From contig JAWODY010000081.1 of assembly GCA_046483045.1 (NCBI GenBank), forward strand, positions 98,666 through 162,665: a DNA stretch of 64,000 nt, read 5' to 3'. Each line of letters starts with the position of its first letter. Positions within the stretch are counted from its first letter, which is position 1. Made by a program: the position numbers and the translations under genes. Shown piece after piece: positions 35,977 to 45,866 of this stretch. The notes beneath the pieces are model-generated. The model saw only the letters and a program-made list of their open reading frames with translations. It was not told the DNA's origin and did not search any database. Source of the stretch: Anaerolineales bacterium. GTDB taxonomy: Bacteria; Chloroflexota; Anaerolineae; Anaerolineales; UBA11858.

Positions 35977-38900
35977 TCAAGGCCTGATCATGGGCACCTG
36001 GGGATAATCATCCGCTGTTAAGTCTTCCAACTCCACCTCTTCTTCGGGCCTGGGATTGCTGAGCAGATCCTCCTGAGTCCCCTCCCTGCCTTCCGGCCAG
36101 AGCAGATCTAGGATGCGGGTGTCCAGGTTCGACCCCGTCCCACCCCCAATCCGCCACTGCTCCGCTTCCTGCATCACGTCACGCACCCGCCACACGCCAG
36201 CGGAAGGAAAGCCTTCCTGGCTGAGGACCGTGACCGCAAAGGCCCAGGTGTTGGGATCGTTTTCTGGCAGCAACCGGCGCGGGACGTTGATCGTCACCCG
36301 CCGCTGCCCGGGATTGGTGATGATCTCCATCCCGCTCCCCAACTCCACCGGACCCTCGTCCCCCGGCTCGAAAACGCCCGGCGTCCACCCTTCAGCCCAG
36401 ATAGCATAATTCCAGGCAAAGCCCTCCTTGAGGGCGGCATTGCGGCCCGGAAGCAAAATCCGATCCCCGGATTCGCCGCCGTCCGTGTCGATGTAGATAT
36501 CCAGGGTCTGGATGCTCAACCCGTTCGGAGAATCCCACACATTTTCCACCGGGCCACGGATCCCGACCCGGAAGATGTAGTATTCCTCATCCCGGCCCAT
36601 TTTAAAGCTCGTGATATCGAAGGCACCGGACTTGAACACAGCATCTTCGGGATAGGCATAGGTCCCGGGCCCGTGGTCGTCCCCTTCGGGATCACTGACC
36701 TCCACAAAGAGGTTGGGAATGGGCAAATCCGGCACGGTGGCCAGGACTGGCCCCTCCTGGGGGAAAACCACGACATCGGACCCTACCTCACTGACCACTA
36801 GACGGGCGTTGATCCGGTTTCCGCTGCGGATCTCCGGGGCCAGCTGGCTGAAAGGCACCACAAATTCCAGGACCCCATCCCCTAAGGCGACATCCGTCAA
36901 TTCGATATCCCCCTCCTCGGCCAGGGATTCCCATCCCCCCTTCCCATCCGCAGCGTAAACCATCGCCCTCGGTGAACTGTCCTCAATAGTTACTTCGATC
37001 AGACGGTTGACGCCGAATCCCAGCAAGGTCTCCCCCTCCCCATAGCGGGTATAGGCATTAGCGCGGCTGGGCCCGGGCACATTGAGGTAAAAACCATAAG
37101 TCCGGTCCGGGGAAAGATCCCCCTCCGCGTCCAGGCGCAGGTAAAGGTTTTCCTTGTCAAAGCCGTAGGAAAGGCGGGTCAGACCAGCCTTGTCCAGGGC
37201 GTAAAATCCCGCGTTCGCCCATTCCCCTTGGCCCACAATGCCGTCCGCGGTGACCGAGGTCAGCATCTCCAAAGGCGGCTGGTCCGGCGCCTGGGCGGAT
37301 TGAGGGATGACGGGGACGTCGACAAAGGAGGGCACTTCTTCCCCAATGATCTCATAGACCTGCCCCAGGTACTCCCTGAACTGCTGGTCAAAACTCTCGT
37401 CATTGCCCGAATTCTGATCCGCGCCGTACCACCAGAACCAATCCGAGCCCTCGGCGATGTACATCGTCTCTAGAGCTTCTGCCTGGGTATCCTCGCTCAG
37501 GTCGCCCCCGATGATGGCATCCTGCAGGTCGTCCCGGGTCAGCTTCAAATACTCCCAGGCCTGGTTCTCTTCCTCTTCGCCGATCCAGGTACTGAAGGTG
37601 CCGTCGATCCAGGAACCGGGCCAGAGGTCCTCGATCATGCGCAGCTCGCTTCCCGTATCCGCCAGGGCCTCCAGGTATTCGGAAGGGGTGACGGTGACGA
37701 TGTCCTCCGCTTCCGAAAGCCGGCTGTACATGCCATGCAAAAAGGTCTTGCCGTCGTTATCATAATACTCCCAGGCGTTTTCGCCGTCCAGGAGCACAGT
37801 CACCAGGTGGGGACCCTCGCCCTCCTCCTCTTCCAAGCGGGCTTTGATGTTCCGCAGGCGGCCCATGAAATCCTCCGCCGCCGCTTCTCCCTCCATCCCC
37901 GAGTACTGGAACCCGACCATATCGGAGATGGCTTTGTCGCGGAAGAGGATGGCCACCGGTCCGCCCCGCGCTCCCTGGACCTGGTAGGGCCGATAGAGAG
38001 CATCCGCCTGCTGGACTACATCCTGATTGTCGCGAGTGAAATCCTCCACCCCAGGCAGGCTTCCGGCCAGCACGTCCTCATCGGTGGCGATCCATTCGAT
38101 GTCTGCATTGGAGATCATGCTCACCACTTCCTCCGCCACGGAACCCTCCGCGGGCCACATCCCGCGCGGATCGGTGCCAAAGTGATCGCGATAAAAGGCC
38201 ACGCCTTTCTCAATCTGGGCCACGGCATCCTGACCGTACACGAAGCGGGGGGGTAGTTCCGCGTCGGGGAGGGCTTCCGCTGCCAGGTTGGAATCCACCA
38301 GCAGGGGCAGGATGGGATGCGCAAAGGGGGTCATGGTGATTTCGATCTGCCCCTGCTCCTGCATCTCAGCGTGGAGGGGGATGACCTCCTGCACCAGGCG
38401 CAGGTGTTCGTCGAGGACGACCTGTTTGTCGCTCTCCGCATAGCCTTCCCCTTTTCCCACCAATCCCTTGAGCGGTTCCTCAGCCAGCCAGGCCGGGTCC
38501 GTCCAGGCCAGGTTGAAGAGGACCTGCAGGTCGCGGAAATCCTCCGCTGACCAGGCATCCACCGCTTCTTCCACCCCCAGCTCCTCCCGCCTATCCAGAA
38601 GCTCCTGATAGCGGGGGAACCGGGCGATGATGGTGCGGTTGGTATCAAAGAAGCGTTCCAGGATAAACTGCTTCTGCTCATCCGTCAGCTCCTCAGCGGG
38701 GATCTCGGTATAAACCCAGTAGAGGTCCTTGGCCCCAGCGTTTAGATCATCCAGCTGACGGATCAAACTGGGTGTGAGGTTGAAGGTGGCATGAACCCCC
38801 GGATAATCTTTGATCATGGCCGCCATGTCCACATAATCCTTGGATGCGTGGACCCGCACCCAGGGCCGCTGGTACACTCCTGTCTCTGGGTCTTTGAAGT

Positions 38901-39111
38901 ATACCGGCTGATGTTGGTGCCAGATCACCGCCACATAGAGCTTGTCATCCTCGATGACCAGGGGACCGCGTTCCTCTCCCGGCGTCTCCGTCGGAGAAAG
39001 CGCTGTGGGCTCAACAGTCGCGGGGGTAGTTTCCTCCTCCACAGCCGGCGCACAGGCGCTGAACAACAAAACCAAAACCAACACGAAAGAAAAGGTTTTC
39101 AATTTCATCAT
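35977..39111 (-). CDS. large secreted GH57-family alpha-glucan-active enzyme, probable lipoprotein, with glucodextranase-like C-terminal domain
   Basis: About 1044 aa. Signal plus lipobox (LLFSAC). GH57 N-terminal blocks (VIWHQHQPVY, WVRVHASKDY). The C-terminal region (DPEGDDHGPGTYAYP...FDITSF...LDIYIDTDGG) resembles the glucodextranase C-terminal module. The start is set at MMKLKTF. Confidence 0.8.
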   Translation of the reverse strand: MMKLKTFSFVLVLVLLFSACAPAVEEETTPATVEPTALSPTETPGEERGPLVIEDDKLYVAVIWHQHQPVYFKDPETGVYQRPWVRVHASKDYVDMAAMIKDYPGVHATFNLTPSLIRQLDDLNAGAKDLYWVYTEIPAEELTDEQKQFILERFFDTNRTIIARFPRYQELLDRREELGVEEAVDAWSAEDFRDLQVLFNLAWTDPAWLAEEPLKGLVGKGEGYAESDKQVVLDEHLRLVQEVIPLHAEMQEQGQIEITMTPFAHPILPLLVDSNLAAEALPDAELPPRFVYGQDAVAQIEKGVAFYRDHFGTDPRGMWPAEGSVAEEVVSMISNADIEWIATDEDVLAGSLPGVEDFTRDNQDVVQQADALYRPYQVQGARGGPVAILFRDKAISDMVGFQYSGMEGEAAAEDFMGRLRNIKARLEEEEGEGPHLVTVLLDGENAWEYYDNDGKTFLHGMYSRLSEAEDIVTVTPSEYLEALADTGSELRMIEDLWPGSWIDGTFSTWIGEEEENQAWEYLKLTRDDLQDAIIGGDLSEDTQAEALETMYIAEGSDWFWWYGADQNSGNDESFDQQFREYLGQVYEIIGEEVPSFVDVPVIPQSAQAPDQPPLEMLTSVTADGIVGQGEWANAGFYALDKAGLTRLSYGFDKENLYLRLDAEGDLSPDRTYGFYLNVPGPSRANAYTRYGEGETLLGFGVNRLIEVTIEDSSPRAMVYAADGKGGWESLAEEGDIELTDVALGDGVLEFVVPFSQLAPEIRSGNRINARLVVSEVGSDVVVFPQEGPVLATVPDLPIPNLFVEVSDPEGDDHGPGTYAYPEDAVFKSGAFDITSFKMGRDEEYYIFRVGIRGPVENVWDSPNGLSIQTLDIYIDTDGGESGDRILLPGRNAALKEGFAWNYAIWAEGWTPGVFEPGDEGPVELGSGMEIITNPGQRRVTINVPRRLLPENDPNTWAFAVTVLSQEGFPSAGVWRVRDVMQEAEQWRIGGGTGSNLDTRILDLLWPEGREGTQEDLLSNPRPEEEVELEDLTADDYPQVPMIRP

Positions 39112-39139
39112 ATGCATGTCTCCTATTCGGTCACACTGC

Positions 39140-39370
39140 TCACTCATCCAAACGGGATAAAGCCCGGGCCCCCGCCGTCATCGCTCCCCCCATGGTCCCA
39201 AAGGCGAGACCTATATAAAAACCGTTGATCGCGCCATCCGCACCGACCAGGAGGAACCCGGCCAGGGCCAAAAGCCCCCCGCCAATCAGCGGGCCCATGA
39301 CCAACCATTTCCCGATGTACCATAATGAACCCAAAAACCGTTTTGGGTCACGACCGGGGTCGAACCACAT
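39140..39370 (-). CDS. small hypothetical membrane protein
   Basis: About 76 aa from MWFDPGRDPKRF, with two Gly-rich hydrophobic segments. It lies between the GH13 and GH57 genes on the same strand. No recognisable family. Confidence 0.4.
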   Translation of the reverse strand: MWFDPGRDPKRFLGSLWYIGKWLVMGPLIGGGLLALAGFLLVGADGAINGFYIGLAFGTMGGAMTAGARALSRLDE

Positions 39371-39393
39371 CTTAAGCTCTCCTTCTGCTCTCG

Positions 39394-41040
39394 CTACCCG
39401 GACCAATCCTGCCAGGGGCGGGCCTTAAACCGCTCCTGAATGAGCTCTTGATAAAAGTGGAGCAGATCCTGGTCCTGCTCGTCTCCCCAGATCATCGGTC
39501 CGCGGCTGGCTTCCAAACCCACAGCGGTCGATTTACTAACGGTCTGCTCCAGACCAACTTCTGTCCCATAATAAATAATCGGCGGGGCAGGCTGCCTGAA
39601 CTGGACTCGCGCTGCGCTGCGCAGGGCTGATTTCTCCCCGCCTGCGATGAACAGGAAGCGGTCCATATCGTGATTATCCAAAAAGGTCGGCATCAGGAAG
39701 TGATCGGGGAAGTAGGTCCGGTGTCCTGAGAGCATGCTTTGGAAGCGCTCTTCTTGCCAATTCTTCCGGCCGTAGGTATGCCGGAGGGCATCACAGAGTT
39801 GAAAATCCAACAGCCCATCCAGGCGCCCAATATACTGGCGCTGCACATCCGGGGGTTCGACCACCTCGCCAAAACAAAAACTGTCCGCCTTGGCCTCTTT
39901 GCATACTGCATAAAAATCCGACCAGAAATCCGCCTGGGGCCCGTTGGCGTGATCCAATCGATACCCATCGACGTCAAACGTTTCCAACCAATAGCGGGCG
40001 ACATCCAACATCCAATCCCGGGCGCCGGGATGGTCAAGGTTGACCTGGGGCATATCTCGGACCCCAAAGAAGGTCCGGTAGCCGATGTCCTCATCCTCGT
40101 CAAAATAAAACCAATCCCGGTAGGGACCAGAAGGGTCCTCCCAGGCCTCCCGGAAATAAGGGTGATGGTGCGAGACGTGATTGCAGACCAGATCCAGGAT
40201 GACGCGGATCCCGCGTCGATGGGCCTGATCGATCACCTCCCGCAGGGCATCCTCTCCCCCCAGTTCTTCCTCCACATGGTAATAATCAGTTGCATTGTAG
40301 CCGTGTACGGTAGGGCTGGGAAAGAGCGGGCTGAGCCAGATGACGGTCGCACCCAGATCGGAGATGTATCCCATCTTCTCCGCCAGACCCCACAGGGTGC
40401 CCCCAAAGCGACCCCGGAGGCTGCGGGTTTTCCGCCAGTCCCTGCCTTCGCCGGGGAAAAAACGGTCCACAAAAATATGATAGATCACGGCCTCCCGGGC
40501 CCACTGCGGCGGCCTCAGCCGGTCCACGCGGTAGGCAAAGGTCTGCCCCTCATCAGGGTCCCCGTATGATCTGGCTTCGGGCAGTGGGCGATTGTGAAAG
40601 AACGCTTCCGCGGCGCGGTCCACCGTGCGTTTCACGTCCGGCCAATCCGCGTAGATTTCCCTTCCCCCATCTGACCAGGCGCTGATTCGATAGCAGACCT
40701 TGGTACCTTCCGCCTGGGGAAGGATCTCCCCCTCCCATCGGCTGACATACCCCCAGGTGAACGTATCCCAGTCCACCTTGACCCGGGTCAGGTTCACAAC
40801 CTGACCCCGGGGCGCCCGCCCTCTGCTGCCCCGGGGCGGGCTGCCGTCTAAAGTGTAGTAACAAGCGACATGATCCGCTTCGAGGTCTGAACCCACCTGG
40901 ACTCTGATTTTCACCGGCTGGCCGGGAAGGGGATCGGGGGGAAGGATGTGATTCCCATGCCGTACTCCCTGCCGCGTCGTGCGGTAGTGGACCAGTTTCA
41001 ATTCGTCAGTAGCAAGCGTGCCAAATATTAAATCGTCCAT
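39394..41040 (-). CDS. GH13 alpha-amylase family enzyme (cyclomaltodextrinase/neopullulanase-like)
   Basis: 548 aa. GH13 conserved regions are present: DLVCNHVS, DGYRLDHA, FCFGEVV and FLDNHDMDRF. Confidence 0.9.
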   Translation of the reverse strand: MDDLIFGTLATDELKLVHYRTTRQGVRHGNHILPPDPLPGQPVKIRVQVGSDLEADHVACYYTLDGSPPRGSRGRAPRGQVVNLTRVKVDWDTFTWGYVSRWEGEILPQAEGTKVCYRISAWSDGGREIYADWPDVKRTVDRAAEAFFHNRPLPEARSYGDPDEGQTFAYRVDRLRPPQWAREAVIYHIFVDRFFPGEGRDWRKTRSLRGRFGGTLWGLAEKMGYISDLGATVIWLSPLFPSPTVHGYNATDYYHVEEELGGEDALREVIDQAHRRGIRVILDLVCNHVSHHHPYFREAWEDPSGPYRDWFYFDEDEDIGYRTFFGVRDMPQVNLDHPGARDWMLDVARYWLETFDVDGYRLDHANGPQADFWSDFYAVCKEAKADSFCFGEVVEPPDVQRQYIGRLDGLLDFQLCDALRHTYGRKNWQEERFQSMLSGHRTYFPDHFLMPTFLDNHDMDRFLFIAGGEKSALRSAARVQFRQPAPPIIYYGTEVGLEQTVSKSTAVGLEASRGPMIWGDEQDQDLLHFYQELIQERFKARPWQDWSG

Positions 41041-41119
41041 GATACCCCTGTTTTTTATCCTATGCCCAGGTTTTTCTTCAGTAAGGAAGGACCGACATAG
41101 GTTAGACTGATAAACAAGA

Positions 41120-41153
41120 GGGCCTGACGCAGTGCGGACTGTCTCTCAGGCCC
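41120..41153 (-). terminator. putative terminator after malG
   Basis: 8-bp stem GGGCCTGA/TCAGGCCC with an 18-nt loop. A T-rich stretch follows on the minus strand. Confidence 0.5.
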
Positions 41154-41182
41154 TTCCTTTCTCACTCAGATATGAACTGCCT

Positions 41183-42106
41183 CTACCCTTTGACAGCGCC
41201 CGCAGTCAAACCGCCAATAATCTGGTCCTGCAGCGATTGGTAAAGTACGACAATGGGCAAGGCGCCCAGCAGCCCTCCCGCGGCAAATACGCCCCAGTTG
41301 TTGGAAAAGTTCTCCGAAACAAACAAGTACATACCAACCATCAACGTATACTGGGTCTTATCTTTCAGCAAGACGCTGGCCAGCACAAATTCCTGATAGG
41401 AGGCGATGAAGACCAGCAGGGCGACGATGACGATCATGGGCCTGGCCAGAGGGAAAATCAAACGCCAGAAGATCTGCCAGTGTGAGGCCCCATCCACCAA
41501 GGCCGACTCGTCAATATCCCGGGGGATGGAGTCAAAAAAGCCCTTCATGAGCCAGATCTGGATGCCCATTTGCGTGCCCAGGTAGGTCAAAACCAGCGGG
41601 GCATGTTGGTTTAAACCCATAGCTGGAATATACTGGCCGAGCTGTTGGAAGAGGTAAAAAATAGCCACAAACATGAGCAGGGTCGGAAAGACCTGGATCA
41701 GAAGTAATGCCAGCATCAGCTGCCTTCGCCCTTTGAAACGAAAGCGGGAAAAAGAGTAGGCGCTCAACATGATCGAGATCACACCCAAAATGGCGGTGAT
41801 GGAGGACACTTTGAGCGAGTTTACCACCCACCTCAAGAAAGGATGAATGGGGTCGTTGAGCAGCGTCTGGTAGTTTTCCAGCGAAGCGTTATCCGGGATC
41901 AGTTTTTGAGAAGCCAGGGACCCTGTGGGGTTAAAGGAGGCAGAAATGATCCAGATGATGGGAAACAAAGCAAATGCGATTGCCAGTACAGCCACCAACA
42001 AGCGCAGGATCAACCCCCAGCTGTTCCGGCGGCGGGGGGACGGCCTTGCCGCTTTAGTTTTCTTTTGAGCAACTTCCGTGGTGAGGACATCCGGTAGGTT
42101 AGACAC
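41183..42106 (-). CDS. malG: carbohydrate ABC transporter permease (MalG-like)
   Basis: 307 aa. EAA-type loop (IDESALVDGASHWQIFWRLIFPLARP) and 6 TM segments. Confidence 0.85.
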   Translation of the reverse strand: MSNLPDVLTTEVAQKKTKAARPSPRRRNSWGLILRLLVAVLAIAFALFPIIWIISASFNPTGSLASQKLIPDNASLENYQTLLNDPIHPFLRWVVNSLKVSSITAILGVISIMLSAYSFSRFRFKGRRQLMLALLLIQVFPTLLMFVAIFYLFQQLGQYIPAMGLNQHAPLVLTYLGTQMGIQIWLMKGFFDSIPRDIDESALVDGASHWQIFWRLIFPLARPMIVIVALLVFIASYQEFVLASVLLKDKTQYTLMVGMYLFVSENFSNNWGVFAAGGLLGALPIVVLYQSLQDQIIGGLTAGAVKG

Positions 42107-43706
42107 TCTCTGAAACCTCCTCCCAGCGACGCGTGAACTGGTATTGGATTAGTGTCAGCACCGCCACAATGACGAAAATGACGATGGTGATGGCGGCCGC
42201 ATAGGCGTAATCGGATCCTCGCCCTCCTTCAAAAGCAATGCGGTACGTGTAGCTGATCAGGATATCGGTATGACCGGCTGGGGTGGGCGTGCCCGTCATG
42301 GGCGGCCGACCTTCCAGGAATGGATAAATGACGGCAAAATTGTTAAAGTTAAACACAAAGGAAGCGATCAACAGCGGACCCACACTGACCAGCAGGAGCG
42401 GCAGCGTGATGTTCCAGAACTGCTGCCAGCTGTTGGCCCCATCTACCGCTGCTGCGTCGTATATATCCTTCGGGATGGCCTGTAGGGCTCCGCTGGAGAT
42501 GAGCATCATATACGGATATCCCAGCCAGAGATTAATGATCAGGATGCCGATCTTAGCCCACATGGGATGGGTGTAGAAGGGAGGAGCCCACCCGATCCAA
42601 TTCTCCAGGGTGAGGGGGATCACGCCCAGATGGGGATTGAGCAAGCCGCGCCAGATGAGGACGCCGATGATGCCCGGCAGCGTATAGGGGATCAAGAGCA
42701 AGGAGCGAATGATCTTACGCCCGGGCACAAGGGGATCGTTGAAGGCGATCGCCACCAGCAGGCCCAGGGCAAACGTGGTTAAGACGGACAAGAAGGCGAA
42801 AGCGATCGTCCAGGCGAAAATCCGCAGGAAAGGCCCGCGAAAGGCCGAGCTGCTGAACAGACGCTGGAAATTATAGAGACCGTTCCACACCATATAACCC
42901 GGCTGGAGCTTCTCTCCTTCTTCAGAGATAAAAAATCCCACTTCCTCATCCGCGTAGTAGACCACATCCTCGCGCCGATCAATCACCGCATCTCGTTCTT
43001 CATCATAGGTGAAACGCTGAACGAGAGGCGCTACGCTGTTCAGGTCCACCACCTGGACCTGATCCGGGGGCTGTCCGAACTTGACGCCGTCAAGATCGGG
43101 GAGGAATTTGATGACCTCGACTCTGGAAAGGCGTTCGTAGCCCTCCAGCTCCGCAGGTATGCCCTCCTCATCCGCGGGCCCGACGATCCCTTCGCCGGGT
43201 TCCACATTTTCAAAGCTGTCCCTCATGGCCAGGTAATCCTCGCCTTCGGGACCCACCAACCACAGGGCAAATGACCCTTCAGGACTGCGGTACCCCGTCC
43301 AGCTGTAGGTCGTATCCCCCAACGGCAGGTAGGTATCCTGCTCCAGGCGGCTGATGGCCTGCTGTTTGGAGAGGATATGCCCATCGCTGTAATTGGTAAA
43401 CGCAGAATAAAAGGTGTATACCATGGGGAAGATGATGATTAAAATGACAATAGCTGCCGCCGGGATGTGCCAGCGCACGGGAAACAACTTGGGGCTCAGA
43501 TTGAGGACATTGATGAGAAGCAAAATGGCCAGGATGGGCAGAGCCACCGGCCAGGCCCCATCACGGAGCAGCCTATAAAGCAACCAGATCCCGAGCGCGT
43601 CAAGCACTGCGAGACCCAGCAAAACCAGGACATAACGTCCGATATTATTGGAAAGGGCATCCAGGGGCCCTTTCGAGCCCCTGTGCCTTTGTACGTCAAC
43701 CGTCAT
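42099..43706 (-). CDS. malF: carbohydrate ABC transporter permease with large extracytoplasmic loop (MalF-like)
   Basis: 535 aa. EAA loop (YDAAAVDGANSWQQFWNITLPLL) and a long loop between the early TM segments, as in MalF. Confidence 0.85.
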   Translation of the reverse strand: MTVDVQRHRGSKGPLDALSNNIGRYVLVLLGLAVLDALGIWLLYRLLRDGAWPVALPILAILLLINVLNLSPKLFPVRWHIPAAAIVILIIIFPMVYTFYSAFTNYSDGHILSKQQAISRLEQDTYLPLGDTTYSWTGYRSPEGSFALWLVGPEGEDYLAMRDSFENVEPGEGIVGPADEEGIPAELEGYERLSRVEVIKFLPDLDGVKFGQPPDQVQVVDLNSVAPLVQRFTYDEERDAVIDRREDVVYYADEEVGFFISEEGEKLQPGYMVWNGLYNFQRLFSSSAFRGPFLRIFAWTIAFAFLSVLTTFALGLLVAIAFNDPLVPGRKIIRSLLLIPYTLPGIIGVLIWRGLLNPHLGVIPLTLENWIGWAPPFYTHPMWAKIGILIINLWLGYPYMMLISSGALQAIPKDIYDAAAVDGANSWQQFWNITLPLLLVSVGPLLIASFVFNFNNFAVIYPFLEGRPPMTGTPTPAGHTDILISYTYRIAFEGGRGSDYAYAAAITIVIFVIVAVLTLIQYQFTRRWEEVSESV

Positions 43707-43732
43707 GGTTGAGCACTCCTCAGTTGATTTGC

Positions 43733-45055
43733 TTATTGACCTTCTTCGATCTGGGTCCGGATCTGTTCGGCAGCGTTCTGGAAGGCTTCCTCTCCGGTCA
43801 CTTCGCCGCTGATGATCAGTTCTTCAGCGTCACCCCAGGCGGTCCATACAGATGCCATTTCGGGGATGGCAGGCATGGGTAAACCCTCCGCGCCTGCTTC
43901 GGCGAAGGAAGCCAGATCTTCGTCCTCGGTCGCCTCTCGGACCGGCAGCCAGGCTGACGGACGTGGATCGGCGTCATACAGGCCCTGCATGAACTCATCA
44001 CTGGCCACGACTTCGCTGAGAAGCGTTTGCGCCAGAAGCTGGTTCTCGCTGAAAGCGCTGACCATGAAGCCCTGCACGCCCAGGAAGGGGCGACCGTTGG
44101 TGTCATCGCCGGCAGGGAATTTGCCGATGTTGTAAGACACGCCGCTTTCGCGGATGCGGCCCAAAGCCCACGGTCCGGTGCCGATGCAGGCCACCTGGCC
44201 CTGTTCAAACAACGTGTGCATCACATCGTAATCCACACCCGCTTCAACATAGCCCTCAGCGGCCATCATCTCCAACCATTCCGCCGCGGCGATGGCGCCT
44301 TCGCTGTCCAGTCCCACATCCTGCGGATCATATCCACCCTCAGATCGCCCAAAGATATAGCCGCCGTAGGCGGTGACCAGCGGGAACATGTGATAGGGGT
44401 CATTGGTCTGAATGGTCCAGGCTGTGGCTTCACCATCGCTGTTCTCTTCGATGGTTTCCGCCAAGCTCATGACCTCATCCCAGGTCTCAGGTCGTTCGCC
44501 GTCAGCATATTCACTGAGCAGATCAGGGTTGCAGAAATAGGCGATGTTCTCTGTGGCATAAGGCATCCCATACAGCGTGCCCTGATAGGTAAAGGCGTCC
44601 ACGGCGGGCCCAAAGAAGCTGTCCGCTTTCTGGCCCAGGTCAATTTCCGCTACCAGGCCGTTGGCCACCAATTCACCCAGCCAGTCGTGCGCGCCGATGA
44701 AGATATCAGGACCTTCTCCTGCGGGTCCGGCCACTTTCACCTGGTCACGGATATCGCCAAAGCCGAGCTGGACCACTTCCACCTCAATGCCCAATTCTTC
44801 CGCGTATTTCCCGGAGATCTCTTCGATGATCGGGGAACGGGTCTCATCCGCCCAAATCACGAGGGTGGGCGCTTCAGCCTCCTGTGTGGGTTCTTCCGTG
44901 GGTTCTTCTGTGGGTTCTTCTGTGGGTTCTTCCACCACTTCTTCTGTCGGTTCCTCTGTCGGTTCCGGGATTTGTGTGGCGCACGCCCCCAGGACGAGAG
45001 CAAACGTCAGCAGCGCTACAATCATAATCCATAAAGGTTTCTTCTTCATATCCAT
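43733..45055 (-). CDS. malE: maltose/maltodextrin-type ABC substrate-binding lipoprotein
   Basis: 440 aa. Lipobox LVLGAC, an (EEPT)n linker, then a family-1 solute-binding domain (LVIWADETR...GDIRDQVKVAGPAGEGPDIFIGAHDW). Confidence 0.85.
   Translation of the reverse strand: MDMKKKPLWIMIVALLTFALVLGACATQIPEPTEEPTEEVVEEPTEEPTEEPTEEPTQEAEAPTLVIWADETRSPIIEEISGKYAEELGIEVEVVQLGFGDIRDQVKVAGPAGEGPDIFIGAHDWLGELVANGLVAEIDLGQKADSFFGPAVDAFTYQGTLYGMPYATENIAYFCNPDLLSEYADGERPETWDEVMSLAETIEENSDGEATAWTIQTNDPYHMFPLVTAYGGYIFGRSEGGYDPQDVGLDSEGAIAAAEWLEMMAAEGYVEAGVDYDVMHTLFEQGQVACIGTGPWALGRIRESGVSYNIGKFPAGDDTNGRPFLGVQGFMVSAFSENQLLAQTLLSEVVASDEFMQGLYDADPRPSAWLPVREATEDEDLASFAEAGAEGLPMPAIPEMASVWTAWGDAEELIISGEVTGEEAFQNAAEQIRTQIEEGQ
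44886..44933. repeat. 4 x 12-bp tandem repeat inside malE
   Basis: GTGGGTTCTTC(C/T) occurs four times in tandem, encoding the EEPT repeat linker. Two degenerate copies follow. Confidence 0.9.
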
Positions 45056-45176
45056 CTTTCTTTCCTCCGAAAGTTACTGCTTGAACAAAAACTTAACTTC
45101 GAACTATCCTTCATTCGATCAAAAAGTCTGAGCTGGTCATCACCTCCTTCCCCTTTTCATAGGCGGGGATGCAGGA

Positions 45177-45671
45177 TTAAGGTTCTGATTCTATAGGATT
45201 AATGCGATTTAATGACACTCGCAGGGAATGACAGAGGTTTTGCAGCAATCCGTCCAAATCTTCCTGCTGCCGGTCTGAGAACCTTCGAAATACATCATCC
45301 AGGGCTTGCTGGTGCGACCGGCAAATTTCGAGGCGTTTACGCCTACCCTCCGCCGTGAGGACCACACGCTGCGCACGGCGGTCTTCAGGATCCGGGATGC
45401 GCTCAACCCAACCCCGATCTTCCAATTCATCAATGACCCGGGTAATGGTGCTCTTGGAAAGCAACAGCCGGTCGCTGATCGTGGTCAAGCGTTTCCCCTC
45501 TTCATTTTCAAATAACAACAGGGTTCGATACTGGGAGGTGTTGAGCTGAAACCGTTCCAAGGATCGCCGGTCATAATCGTCAAATAAGACATATGCTTTC
45601 TGGATCCAGCGGTAAAGCATCTGGGAGGCCACCAAAGAGGTGTATTCCGCTTCGTCGACGTCACATGACAT
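45177..45671 (-). CDS. MarR family transcriptional regulator
   Basis: 164 aa. Winged-helix region (LTTISDRLLLSKSTITRVIDELEDRGWVERIPDPEDRRAQRVVLT). It lies directly upstream of malE on the same strand. Confidence 0.85.
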   Translation of the reverse strand: MSCDVDEAEYTSLVASQMLYRWIQKAYVLFDDYDRRSLERFQLNTSQYRTLLLFENEEGKRLTTISDRLLLSKSTITRVIDELEDRGWVERIPDPEDRRAQRVVLTAEGRRKRLEICRSHQQALDDVFRRFSDRQQEDLDGLLQNLCHSLRVSLNRINPIESEP

Positions 45672-45866
45672 TGTTTCACCTCGAATAATTAGACCTGAAA
45701 CTATTTATAATGTAACTAATTTATATTGGAAAGTCAAGTGGGTTCTTATGAACTTTTCATCTTTGCATCTGGAATACCCCCCTACACAGCGCGAGGTGTC
45801 TTCTCGCTCATCTTGGGGGTAAATATGCCTTCCTTGGGGGTACTTCATCCCCATCATGCAGAGGGG

